This document shows, piece by piece, positions 43,048 to 63,939 of a DNA stretch of 64,000 nucleotides. The stretch spans positions 682,001 through 746,000 of the forward strand of contig CM074810.1 in NCBI GenBank assembly GCA_037447605.1, in the 5' to 3' direction. How positions within the stretch are numbered: position 1 is the stretch's first letter; the number at the start of each line of letters is the position of its first letter. The notes under the pieces were generated by a model. The model did no database searches. It saw only the letters and a program-made list of their open reading frames with translations, and was not told where the DNA came from. Origin of the DNA: Zygnema circumcarinatum SAG 698-1b (Eukaryota > Plantae > Zygnematophyceae). The position numbers and the translations under genes were made by a program.

Positions 43048-44655
43048 ATGGAGGAGTGTGCGGACGAACGGAACGGAAGCCCTCTCCATGCTGTGAGCCT
43101 CCTGGTGCTGCCACGTGGCGCCCCCCCGGAGGCCCCCGCCCTCCACCTCCTCCCCTGCTGCGTGCAGCGCAGCGGGCACGCTCCGGTGGCGAGCTTCTTC
43201 CGGCCCCGGCCAGCAGCGGGTACTGGAGGGCGGGGGGGAGGTTTACTTTTTGAATTTTTTTTTTAGTTGTTGCTTTTGTTTGTATGTGAATTTGGGGGGG
43301 GGGGGGGTGGGGACGTTTCTGAGCGTATGTGGGTTTTTGGAGTTTTTTGGTTTGTTGGTTTTGGGTCTTTTTTAAGTTTTTAGGTCCCTTGAAAAAAAAT
43401 GGTGTTGCTGGCATCCATGTCTGCTCAAACCCCTGGAATTTAGACAGGATTAAACATGGTAGATATTCTGAAGGCCCAAATTTCCCAAGGAAGTGGCATA
43501 ACATGGAAAAACGACCGTTTATTCCGTGGAATCCCTAACAATCAGAGGGAGACGGGGAGTGGGAGAGGGGGAGAGGAGAGGAGGGGAGAGAGGGAGGCGG
43601 AGAGAAGGGGGGGGAGTGTGAGTGGGGAGGGAGGCAGGGAGGGAGGGAGAGAGACAAAGGGAGGAGGGAAAGGAGGATGGGACAGAAAGAGAGGAAGGGA
43701 GAGCGAGTTAAAGGGAGAAGGGGAGGGGGGTAGAGAGGGAGGGAGAGATAGGGAGGGAGGGAGAGAGGGAGGGGGCGATAAAGAGGGAGGGAGAGGAGGG
43801 GAGAGAGAGAGAGACATATACCATTGAGTGAAGCAATACGGAAGTCCTCACTACAACGAGAGTGTTAAAGGCAGCCAGCTGTCCCCCCACAATATCTTAA
43901 CCAGAAAACGACTAATCATATTGACAAAAAAATACACTGAACGAGTTTATACATTCAATTCTTTTCACTTCTTTGGTGAAGCAGAAGTCAGCGAGGAGGA
44001 CCTCGATGTGCAGGAGGCTGCTTTCCGAGGTCGGAAGCTGCTTGGGTCGACTCTGAAGCTGCCCGATGGCTACTCAGGTAGAAAGTTCAAATTTCACTTA
44101 TACACGTAGAAAAATTCTACGCTTTCTACTTTTTTCTTAGGTCAAAAACGTCCGTGCAACTTGTTAACCTTATTGAAATTTATGATTTTTTTCAAGGCTA
44201 TGGTACACAGGCCTTGTGTTAGGACGACCACAGACGAGCACGGGTAAAAACTTGGGGACGATCAGTAACAGGGCTGAAGTGGTGAGAGGAGAGGGAGAGG
44301 GAGAGGAGGGAGGGGAGGGAGGGGAGGGGGGAGAGGGAGGAGGAGAAGGAGAGGTCTGGCAGCTGGAAGGGAAGTTTGAGAAGTTAACGTATTGGATGCA
44401 TGGCGACTATCCGAGTTCTGACGACCCGCTTCGGCGCAACATAGAATGGCTCTCTGTGGCTGCAGAGGTGAGGGGGACTCAACCTTCTAAACTTTTTATT
44501 GTTATTTAAGGATGGCTTAGGGCTTAGACGAAATGATGATCTATGCGGGAGCTGCTGTCTTTTGCATGAAAGTCTTACAACTCTTTTTGGGAATTTTGCA
44601 GATGCATCGGACAGTGCCTATGCAGAATGTGGAGGAGATGGTGAACATGAGTTAA
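43048..44655 (+). CDS. RNASEH2C: Ribonuclease H2 subunit C
   Basis: Exons 43048-43219, 43985-44077, 44211-44467, 44602-44655; LHLLPCCVQRSGHAPVASFFRP, EAAFRGRKLLG..LPDGYSGLVL, FEKLTYWMHGDYPS. Confidence 0.88.
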
Positions 44656-45314
44656 CTTCAGGTTGACTTCCGTTAGGCCTGCAATCCGTTAGATCGAGTC
44701 AAGTAGGCAAAATGACCTTCAAGGAATGAAAGATTGATCATTTCATGCTTTTAGGTCGCCGTGGCTTTATGTATAGAATTGTACCACATGTTATTAGTCG
44801 GTTTTTTGGAAAATTTCCACACGAACTGGATTCATTCAATTTTTGTACTCAAATCGTTCGTTTAAAAGCTAACTGACTGCTACTTTCTTCCGACCATCAT
44901 CTCAAGTTCTTTCTTGCTCGCTTCCTACTTTCAACAAAGAGCCTTTCCTTACAAAAGGCATTGTCAACATTAGGAAAAATGCAAATGGTGAAGCGGATAA
45001 CAATCCTCTAATTACATGGTGTAGGCAGACATTCAATCGAAATTCAATCTAAAGATAGCTCTTTCTCACATGAACAAAAAGATAAAATCATTTTCGGTTT
45101 TTTATATATAATAAGTTTTATATAATACACATAACTTACACCTTTGTGCATGAGACAAAGGTCCCACAAACCCCCCTCACCCCCCCTCTCTTTTTCTTTC
45201 CCTCTCTCCCTCTCCCTTCCTCCGCTCCCTTTGCCCACTACCCCCTCTCACCCTCCCTCTCTTTGTCTCTCCCACTCTCTCTCCTTCTCCCTCTGCTCCG
45301 CGTCCCAACTCCAC

Positions 45315-48837
<3,523 letters not shown>

Positions 48838-48877
48838 GGCTGCTGCACCGAGTCCACAGAGGAGAGAGAGATGCACG

Positions 48878-48926
<49 letters not shown>

Positions 48927-48994
48927 TCGGGGAGAGAGAAAACGGGTTTTTTGAGTGGTCTTCCGTTGCTTTGGCTGCCTGGACCGTCGATTTC

Positions 48995-49134
48995 GTACAT
49001 CATCGTACGGGTTCGTGCATTGTCGTACGGATGCTTGTGGTAAAGTGGTACTGTACAGTACAGTACTGTACTGTAGTGCTGAAGATGACGTGTACGGTAC
49101 CGTACGGTTATGATGGGTTTGTCTAATACTGTAC
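48995..49134. promoter_or_regulatory. Array of 12 GTAC cores (SBP/SPL, CuRE-type) upstream of ALDH3
   Basis: GTAC at 48995, 49005, 49025, 49048, 49053, 49058, 49063, 49068, 49092, 49097, 49102 and 49131; 160-300 bp upstream of the ATG. Confidence 0.55.
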
Positions 49135-49135
49135 G

Positions 49136-49684
49136 CGGACCTCCTCGCTTAAGGGATATCCCCTAAATATCGTACATAGCTTATTCATGGGATACTTTGA
49201 CAGTAGTTTAAGGGGTTCAACCTTAAATACCATAAAAGCCCTAAAACAGTCCTTGTTTTGGATAAAAAACGTAATATGAATTGGCATTGCAGTCGCGATG
49301 GCGATGTCATCATAGGTGCATGGACTCTACTTGCTGGCTTAACAACACGGCGTTAGAAATTGGCGCAAACTCTTCGACTTTTATAAATTGGAATTTTTAC
49401 CAATCAATCAAAACACACGTGCATTTGGCAATCACAATAAAAAAGAATCACAAATATAACTTAGAACTGCTTCGATCTACTCAAAACGACCATGAACGGA
49501 GGATCGCGAGTTCAATGAAAGTTTGCGACCCAGCCGAGGATGTATATGCCCGCTAAAAGAGCGTCATCCGTACATGTCCGTACGTATTTATCGTCCGTGC
49601 ATGCTTTATTTGCGGGGTTTTTCAAAACCAATTTAGTTGACAGTCCCCTGTCTTAGGCCAAAATCCCCTATTTAAGGAGGCCTG
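49136..49684. mobile_element. Older, internally deleted copy of the hAT element at 17557-18437
   Basis: Shares ATCCCCTAAATATCGTA..AACAACACGGC..GCATTTGGCAATCACAA at the left end and GACAGTCCCCT..CCTATTTAAGGAGGCCTG at the right end; left TIR eroded, no TSD seen. Confidence 0.85.
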
Positions 49685-50825
49685 ATAAAATATGCTAGAA
49701 CATACTCGTACGAATATGTACCCAGTCCGTACAAATATGTCAGTGGTGTGCGTACGGCCGCCGCACTTTGCGGCGGTGAACGACAGCGATTCCAAATCCA
49801 TCGTTTGAAGGGTGCGTTTTTATACGAGAAGGATGTGGACATTGTGCTTTTATGGTTCAACTTGGTTCATTGGAATGGTGCGGCATTGGTCTCACGATGG
49901 CGAGCAATGCTACCAAATGTCCATGGACAACATCGGGACGAGGAACCACGAGGAACTGGTCGCGAAGGACCTATGGACAAAAGAAAAAAGCTAGGGAGCG
50001 GAAAGCTACCCTAAGTATATCTAATTCCGCCACTGCTTTTGGGGTACCTATTGTTCACACGTCACACCCATCCATGTATCTCACAATCTCTCACGGGTCC
50101 AGCCAATGTCGCGGGCCATCGCTCTTGTTAAACTGACTCGATGTGGGCGACCATGTTGGGACGAGTCGAAGAGCACTCGTGAACCATGAGATAATGAACC
50201 CCGATCTGCAGTCTACAAATTCGGACCCACACTTAGACATTTCATTCGGCAATGCATTGCGTAGGCGACTGAAACGTGCGCTTATTTCACATAGTCGTTC
50301 TATTTAAGGTGCTGACGGCGGCTGCCAAGTGCAAGAAATCATCTACCCAACAGCATTATCTACTTTGTGCCGTGCTTCCACCCCTCTGCTCTATAGAGCA
50401 ACATAAAGATAGATCCCATTCACATAGCAGCTTCTCCACAAGATGCCTACATTAAGGAATTCATGATGGCGCTTCAAAAATCAAAGTAAGGTACAGCGTG
50501 CCGCCATCACAATCATTAGCCTATCAGTAAAGAGCGGCAGGCAAGGTGCGCCTATCATATCGATAGCTTTACAGTGTCTGAAAAGCTCAGAAGCTTGTCA
50601 ACCTCGCTTTTCGTGAGAGGGGAATTTGCTCCCTCCTGCCTTTATCATAATACAAGGACAGCCCTGCCGTGCTTTCACTATGCTATGCTAAAATACATCC
50701 ACATTACTAAATCCCGCTTAAAGTAACGATGGTTCCGGTTCCGGTCCTGGTCCTGGCTTTCCATTGACCTCGAACCAGACATTGCTTGCTTTGGTACAGA
50801 CAAAGGAGAGTGGTAATGACCCAAA

Positions 50826-51062
50826 AAAGAAAAAGAAGAAGGCGAAGAAGAAGAAGAAGAAGAGGGAGAAGAAGAAGAAGAAGGAGAAGAAGAAGAAGTA
50901 GAAGAAGAAGAAGAAGAAGAAGAAGAAGAAGAAGAAGGAGAAGAAGAAGAAGTAGAAGAAGAAGAAGAAGAAGAAGAAGAAGAAGAAGAAGAAGAAGAAG
51001 AAGAAGAAGAAGAAGAAGGCGAAGAAGAAGAGGAAGAAGAGGAAGAAGAAGAAGAAGAAAAA
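50826..51062. repeat. (AAG)n trinucleotide microsatellite
   Basis: About 235 bp of AAG with a few interruptions. Confidence 0.95.
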
Positions 51063-51577
51063 GTATTCAGTTTCTCATACTCTCATACATCTATCAACAT
51101 GGAGATATTTCGCAGCTTTCGGAGTCAAGGCACAAGGGGAATATTTGCCCATTCATTTTCGGAGGTACCGTCGGCCATTATCGCCGTTTTCAGATCAGTC
51201 TCTGGAACAGAGGAGTGAACAGAGGGTTCCTGCATAGAAAATGTGATGCACATTATGCATAACGGTAGTCAATTTTAAGGAAAAGACCCACTATTTAAAA
51301 CAGGGCATAGCAATTAAATCCAGAATTACGGAACCTCACATCAACAATTTAAAAAAAAAGGAGTGCTGTAACTTCCTTAACAAAGTCGATACCCATTAGC
51401 GACGAAGCGAATAAAAGAATGCGTCTTTGCGCCCTTATGCAATGTCTCAATTTAGTTTGAAGTGCTTTAAAGCTCACAAAATACATTCCACAACCAAAAA
51501 CAAGAAAAGACCATGGAAGAAGATCGACAGGTGATAATTTGGAACAGAGGATAGGACCGAATTAAAAAATGTGTGAA

Positions 51578-51622
<45 letters not shown>

Positions 51623-52038
51623 GGGGGGGGGAGAAGGGCGCGCTCAGCGAAGCAAAATAAAGCTCTGAGCACATCAGGTTCATGACACCAAAGGATATAA
51701 TAAAATTAAAAAAGCAATTGTGTACGACTCCGGGAGGGCAGGGCGGGGCGTGCCTTGTCGGAGGGGAGCTGCGAGGGCGAGCAGTCCTCAGCGCAGGGCT
51801 CTGTCCGCCTCCGCGAGGGCAGGACCACGAGGTCCCCCCCGACAGGCAGCAGGCAGACATGGCTGCCGTAGTCGAGCACCAGAGCGGGCTCCCACCGCGG
51901 CAGGCGCCATAGCCATGGCTGCCTCCTGGGAGCGCCCTCCATGCCGCGGCCAACTCGCCCGCCTGAGGTAGCATATTTGTATGGGGATGCGGTTTGTTTT
52001 AAGGGTACTTATATAATAACAGCAAAAGATCGCTCATG

Positions 52039-52112
52039 GCTGGTGTAGCTCAGTTGGCTAGAGCGTAAGGCTGTTAACCTTAAGGTCCGTGGTTCGAGCC
52101 CACGTATCAGCG
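52039..52112 (+). tRNA. tRNA-Asn (anticodon GTT)
   Basis: GCTGGTGTAGCTCAGTTGGCTAGAGCGTAAGGCTGTTAACCTTAAGGTCCGTGGTTCGAGCCCACGTATCAGCG folds as a cloverleaf (two G:U pairs in the acceptor stem); TATA at 52009-52016; TTTT downstream. Confidence 0.95.
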
Positions 52113-52819
52113 TCAAGATTACCGCTTTTGCTGGTCGGTGCTTTTGAGTCTCGACGTGGCGTGCGAAACCACGACCGGCGTACGGTCCGCACACTCGGGG
52201 CCCTACAGAGAGCCGTACAGAAGGCCGACGAACGTGGCGGCATGCGCACGCCGCCGTACAGTAGACATGGACATGCGTCCCTGTTCTGTGTCAGAAATTG
52301 GGCATTCCAGTTGCAGGAGCAGTTAGGACATAGGACATAGGAGCATGAATCGTGGTTGACCGCAGACTTTGATGGTGTTCCGTATGACGGTTCTCTGGAG
52401 TCGCAAATTCGTGATTAGAGTTGCAACCGTTTGGTTAGCAAACGGTAGTCAGCCCTCTGGTCCAGTTGGTTAGGACTCATGTCATCATTGCTGCGGATAT
52501 CCACTGGATGTACATAGATTGCGTATCGGATTATACGTATGGATTTTGTGATAGATCTCGTATCGGATTCTTCGTATCGGATTTGGTGCTCCGCCTCTAT
52601 TGCATGCGGATAGAGCCTTGTCACGTTGCAGCTTGATCTCACGTCACCGACCTACCAATGTCGCCGTACGCCCTACGACTCACCGAGCCATCGTCACTCT
52701 CTTCAAAGCGCAACAGCCTTCCATGTGTTGATTGTCCAACGCTAAGACAAACTGTGATAAATATCTGAGCATGGAACGGTAGACTTCTGGGCGGTGGCAA
52801 TGGCTGCTTGTCCAAATGG

Positions 52820-52990
52820 ACACTCGCCACGTTGTAAAGTTATCTGCCAATGGCCACACGCCACGTGCATATATTGCACACGTGGCTACTTTCTATTGGA
52901 AGCTGGTCGGGCACGGGGGAAAACCCCAAATGCGGAGCAGGGCGGCGTTTTGTGTCCATACATACGCCGGGGGACTCTGCCACGTGGCGC
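52820..52990 (+). promoter_or_regulatory. G-box/ABRE-rich promoter upstream of ARMC8
   Basis: GCCACGTG (52860), ACACGTGGC (52878) and GCCACGTGGC (52978) within ~130 bp; TTAGGG telo-like motifs follow at 53204-53370. Confidence 0.5.
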
Positions 52991-54010
52991 ACTCTCCTGC
53001 AGGGGAGGGAGAGAGGGAGGGCGAGGAGAGAGGAGGGGTGTCAGTGAGCTTCAGGCCGCCATGGATGCGGTGCCTGCAGGGCTGCGGGGAGGGCAGGTTG
53101 GGAGATGCTCTGGGAGGAAAGTGGAGGGAAAAGGGCGGCAGAAGGGGGAGAGGGAAGGAGCTGCGACGCTTTGTAGGGTTTGCATTCATGGTCAGGGCTA
53201 GCGTTAGGGTTGCAGTGGAGGCTGCGCATTCGAGTTAAGGTTGCAGGTTAGGGTTAGGGCTGAGTTGGAGATCAGATTTTGCTGCAATTAAGGTTTGGGA
53301 GGCGCGTTTTGGGAAGGTCACTATAATTTTGAGGTGAAGTTTAAGTGTGTGTGAGTTTAGGGTTAGGGTGAGGTCTTCTAAGGGTTAGTCTTAAGCGTAA
53401 GCCAAGGGTATAAGGATCCTGGTTGTGTTTCACTGCTGAAGTTTAATTTGCTGGTATTACTTTTAATGAGTTGTCTGGCAAATTGAGGCAGTGCAGAGGC
53501 CTGGAAACTGTAGTTGTAGGGATCAACTGTTTAGTGCTTTTAAACCGATAGTTGCGCAGTCACTTGTTTTGGCAGGCAGTGCGACGGACTTGCCGGGGCA
53601 ATTCGCGACGGGAGAAAAGAGAGGGACGGAGGGAGGGAGAGAGCGAGAGAGAGGAGGGGAGAGGAGAGGTCGGCACTTGCTCCAACCGCAAAAGCATCTT
53701 CATCGCCTTCAAAAGGAACAGTTTGGATGCTGCACCATTCGTCGTTCTTTGATGTTACATTGTGCTGCAAACTCTACAGCAAACCAGGCTTGAGTACCGA
53801 CAAAAATGCTTCATCCCGATCTAAACTCTTCTGCCTTCAAGGCCCTGCACAGTGAGCAATACTTGGTCACAATTCCAAGGCAAACCCGTGGAGGCAGTCC
53901 TTGTATTAACACGAGTGTCTCGACAATTGTAAAGTCTTAGGTTGAGGCTGATATTTCAGTACTCCTTTCAAGGGTGAGGAGTCTAAGGGAAATTAAGCGG
54001 CTTTCACACG

Positions 54011-59713
<5,703 letters not shown>

Positions 59714-61170
59714 CCCCGGTTGCAATGGAGCGCGAGCCTCGCGCCCCCTTCCCACTCTTAATCACTGATTCGACCTCGCCAATGTGTACACTGCCATTCT
59801 TTTTTACGTCCTCTCATTTTGGCTCGCCTGCGAGCGGTTGGAATCGCCATTCCATTACCCCTTAAAATTTAAGCATTTCTACGTAGATTTTTTATGGGAC
59901 CTTACAAAGGCATGCCAGCCTTTACTCGAGGATGAAATCCTTGATCGCTCGCTTCCTCTCTCTGTTTCTCTCCCTCTTCCTTTCTCAGTCTCTCACTCTC
60001 TCTCCCCCTTTATCTCTCTCTCTCCCCCTCCTCCCCACCCGCTCCCCTACTTCCTCCTCCGCTCTCTGCCTTTCCTTTCTCCCCACCTTTATGCCTTATC
60101 CGGCCTCCTTTCCCCTCCCTGCCTCTTTCCCTCTCCTCCTCTCCCCTCCTTCCCCTGTCTCCCCAACTCTCTTTTGTCCTCCCCCTCCAATACTTACCCT
60201 TAAGAAGTTTGGACTACTAGCAGTTATCTAGCGGTTATTAATTTTGTCATTAGTCGACTGGGTAGCTTGAGAAGGGATTTACTTAAAGGGTTTCTGGTTA
60301 GCCGATTAATTGGGTCCACTCTGTTCACCACTTGGTTTTTTATGTGACGTTTTTACCAAGGAACATTTTATTTTTGGTCTCCCCTTTCCTTTGTGTAAGA
60401 ACTTCCTGACTTGGCCCTCCATTCGTGTACAGGGACATCAGGTTTCCAACTCATGTGCACGATTCAAAAATGGCATCTGTAGTAAGCATAAGGGTTTTGT
60501 GTTTGGGATATCCCAGTGAAGTTTAAGCTTACATTGACGACAATGTGACAGAAAAATGCTCAAAAACTGCTGATGTATAAATAAGAATCGAAGTGAAACA
60601 AAAGTACATTTTCCTGCTGTCAAAACTGGAATGAGATAATGAGATGGACGTTCACAATGGATAAAAAACCTATGGCTTTCCAAACCCTAATTAGCCAAAC
60701 TGAAAGTAATGCCGTAAGGAAACGACATACGAAATCGACAGTGACGATAAAACCTACAAAAAAATGAACAAAGCTCATCGTCGCGTTACATCTATGGCCG
60801 ATTCTCCTCATTTTGGAAAAACCTTTCTGCAATTGGCTTACCCTCAACCGTAAAGCTCCTTTACACTCTGCAAAATCTCCGTCCGCTCACCCCCCCCTCG
60901 CCCCCTTTCCTCTCTCTCCCCTCCCTACCTCTCTCTCACTGCCTCCCACCCCTCCTTTCCTGTGTACCTCCTGCTGCATCACCCTACCTCCTCTCTCCCG
61001 CTCTCCCGCCCACCCCCTCTGTCACCCTTCCCCTCCTTGCCCCCCTGTCCCTCTCCCTCTACCTCTCTCTCTCCCTCCTCTCTCCCTCTTTCCCCCCCAC
61101 CCCCCTCTCAACAACAACATCTAACGACCTAAATTCCCCGCCCCAAAAAAGGAAACCCTAAATGGCCCCA

Positions 61171-62580
61171 TCACAGGAGAACGGTGGCGCATTTCCATAC
61201 CGCTCCCAAATGCATCTCTGCCTCGTACCCTCCAACAGAGCCCCACTTCTCGCTCTCAGTCTTGAACATTTCCACATTTTTCACTTCAAGTCTCCCAAAA
61301 AGCCTCGCCCACGCATCTCCCCCCACAACGAGCACCGCCTCTCTCGTACCCGCCAACCCAAACGCTTGCCTTTGAACATAGTGCTGCCACTCTCTCCCGA
61401 TCCCCTCTCCCGGAGCCGGAATATATGACACTGTGGACCACTCATTGGTCGCCACATCATACGATCTCAGCTCTCTATCACCCCAACCCTGGCAGTCATC
61501 CAAAAGCCCACGTGTAAAGTAAATTTTTCCGCCACTCGCAACCGTCTGAATACCCAAAACCCCCCCTCCCGAGCTCCACCCTTGTGGGTTTCGGTCGCTG
61601 AGAGGCCTTGAAGAAGGGGATTTGTGAGGAACAGTCCAGGAAAAAGTTTTTGGGTCGAACACTCCGAGTAGGACAAGGAGGCCTCCTCTACAAGGGCAGA
61701 CCCCCAACACATACAATTTGTCATTCAGTACAGCCCCCGCTAAGCGTTTCGTGCAGAGGTTAAAATTTTCAGTCGCAGGGAGTGGCGCGATAGAGAGCCA
61801 CGTGTCGCGCTCCAAGTCATAGACTTCTGCAGAATTCAGAGAGTCCCCATCTGCCGAAATTCCTCCAACAATGTAAATTTTTTGGCCGATCAATCCGCTT
61901 GCAAAGTATGTGCGCGAACCCGCCTTCATCGGAGCAGCCTCTCTCCAGCGAGAAGTGTGCAGGTTGTAGCGCCACACTCCTCCCGCTACAGTCGTCTGCT
62001 CGCTCTCTTCAAACTCTCTCCTTCTCTGCACCTCCCGATACGCGTACCCTTCAACTTTATCCCCCTCGCCTTTCCAACCGTTCTCCTCGCGACACGTGTC
62101 ACTACTTCCACCCCCCCCCACCTCCAAAAAATAGGAAAAAGAAGCAGCCATGTGCTGCATGCTCGCCGAGTAAGCTTTGCAAGACATGGTTTGCAACCCC
62201 CCTATAAGAATTAGCTCATGATTTGCTGCTAAGAGCTCGAATCCATGGAGGGGGGTGTCCTCAAGAGCGCCATGCTCAAGAGGAGCGCGAGTAAGATAGG
62301 GGAGATCACCTGCATAGAACCATTTTGATTCAGTTATACTGAGAGCCAACAGTTTCTGCTTCCCCATGGACTTCCCCACTATGTAGACCCACTCCTCCGA
62401 CGTCCCGACCTCCTTCCTGAGGGAAGCGAGCTCCGCGCTGTCCATAGCTGCGCGCCATTTTCGGGCCACAGCGCGGAGGGGAGGGCGGGAGGAGCGAGGG
62501 AGGAGAGAGAGCACGTGGAGGGCGAGATCGTGCGGGAGGGAGGGGAGGGGGGGCTCAGAGGGGGTGCATGGGCGGGGCAT
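61171..62580 (-). CDS. F-box/kelch-repeat protein, intronless (~469 aa)
   Basis: F-box LPSLPHDLALHVLSLLP..LRAVARKW, EEWVYI, kelch repeats (LILIGG, IYIVGG..SAEVYD..W, LYVLG); ATG at 62580 with a TATA-like element at ~62643-62651. Confidence 0.9.
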   Translation of the reverse strand: MPRPCTPSEPPLPSLPHDLALHVLSLLPRSSRPPLRAVARKWRAAMDSAELASLRKEVGTSEEWVYIVGKSMGKQKLLALSITESKWFYAGDLPYLTRAPLEHGALEDTPLHGFELLAANHELILIGGLQTMSCKAYSASMQHMAASFSYFLEVGGGGSSDTCREENGWKGEGDKVEGYAYREVQRRREFEESEQTTVAGGVWRYNLHTSRWREAAPMKAGSRTYFASGLIGQKIYIVGGISADGDSLNSAEVYDLERDTWLSIAPLPATENFNLCTKRLAGAVLNDKLYVLGVCPCRGGLLVLLGVFDPKTFSWTVPHKSPSSRPLSDRNPQGWSSGGGVLGIQTVASGGKIYFTRGLLDDCQGWGDRELRSYDVATNEWSTVSYIPAPGEGIGREWQHYVQRQAFGLAGTREAVLVVGGDAWARLFGRLEVKNVEMFKTESEKWGSVGGYEAEMHLGAVWKCATVLL

Positions 62581-62703
62581 TGGGAAGAGAGAGAAAGAGA
62601 GGGAGGGGGGACGACAGAGAGGGAGGGTCACGCACGCCCCCTTATAAATAGAGGGAGAGAGAGAGAGAGCGCGAGAGAAAGGAGAGAGTGGGCCGCGCAC
62701 GCT

Positions 62704-62737
<34 letters not shown>

Positions 62738-63549
62738 TGAGAGGAAAAAGGCGGCGGGAGTTGACGGCCGGTTTTGGAGTTGGCGACGACATCGGGACGC
62801 GGACACGCTGGCGCCGGTCTAGATTGTGCTGACGTGGACCAGCCAGAATCCAAGTCAAGATTCCACATGGCAGCGTCATTTGCAGTCTTAGACCCTACCA
62901 ATCAGGTTACGCCACGTCATCCACAAGTTTAGATTCTGATTCTGATTGGACGGGGCTGCAAGATTTTTTGGTGGAGTTCCGTGATTGGTGGATTCAGATT
63001 GCGTTGACTTGTCGTCAGCGCTGACATGTTCTCTCTGTCGTCTTGCGCAGGCAATCCATGCAAGGGGAAAATGGTGCGCGTTTAGTCCCAGTTTCAGTTC
63101 CAGTCGTGACATGGAAACTGTTCAGCGGCATTTGTTGCAGGGGCTCTACCATGGGCCTCATGTCCATGCACTGTACAATGTTGCAAGGGCTGCATGAGGA
63201 GGAGAGGAGGGAAACAAAGCGATTGGACAAAACAAACGGCTCTTCTGCCAAGAATGTTGACATCCCCGAGCAGCAAACATGCCTCTCATAACTACGCTCT
63301 GCCTGCCTGTGTCTACAAACAGTTCATGAGCAAGCGGGATAATGGCATGCGTCAAAAACGTCCTTACAACATGGGGGGCATGCCTCCGATATGCGGAGCC
63401 CCAAGAACCCTAAAAAATACAAGCGAAAGATATATGTATGCCTGCATGTATGTATGCCTGCATGTACGTATGCATGCATGTTGCATGCATGCATGTATGT
63501 ATGCATGTATGTGTGTATGTCGACTTCGTCTTCATGTACACCATCATCC

Positions 63550-63939
63550 TCACGCGATGCGCGTCTTGATCCCGAGTCGGTGCATTTGGATTCGCAGCGG
63601 CTGCTCGTCGATGGGGATTCGCCGCGGGAAGTCGAGTGTGGCCGCAGCGCGAATGTCGGTGTGCCTACCCACGCGCCACACGCGCTCGTCGAATTCGATC
63701 CCTGCGATGCGATCCGCGCACAACAGAAATCAAAAGTTAAACTAAACCAATTAAGAAAGTGGAATCGTTCCGAGGGTCCTAAGCTTTATGGGTTGTGCTT
63801 CTATCCATAGGAGAGAGGTGAAAGTTGAACACCTCCGGGGGTGAGGTGGATTCCGGTCCCAACGGGGTGAAAGAGGTTGATGAGGATACGTGCACCACTA
63901 TCGCCATCCCATATCCGCCCAAGTCTCACTAGGGGCACC
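63550..63939 (-). CDS. Last two exons of an unknown protein extending beyond the window
   Basis: Exons 63939-63833 and 63701-63550 with canonical AG/GT join in frame: VPLVRLGRIWDGDSGARILINLFHPVGTGIHLTPG|GIEFDERVWRVGRHTDIRAAATLDFPRRIPIDEQPLRIQMHRLGIKTRIA*. Confidence 0.65.

Noticed and set aside
50128-50150. GCCCACATCG on the minus strand resembling the plant snRNA upstream element (USE)
   Set aside because: No TATA at the expected spacing and no recognisable snRNA sequence follows.
49690-50330. Short ORFs possibly from a virus or transposon relic
   Set aside because: No recognisable motif and the frames are short.
62581-62901. 107-aa N-terminal extension of the F-box/kelch ORF
   Set aside because: Runs through promoter-like sequence (G-box, CT tract, TATA); ATG 62580 directly precedes the F-box.
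63430-63520. CATG/CATGCA-rich tract as an RY regulatory element (also 29352-29390)
   Set aside because: Located in a 3' flank and an intron respectively; consistent with simple ATGC/ATGT repeats.
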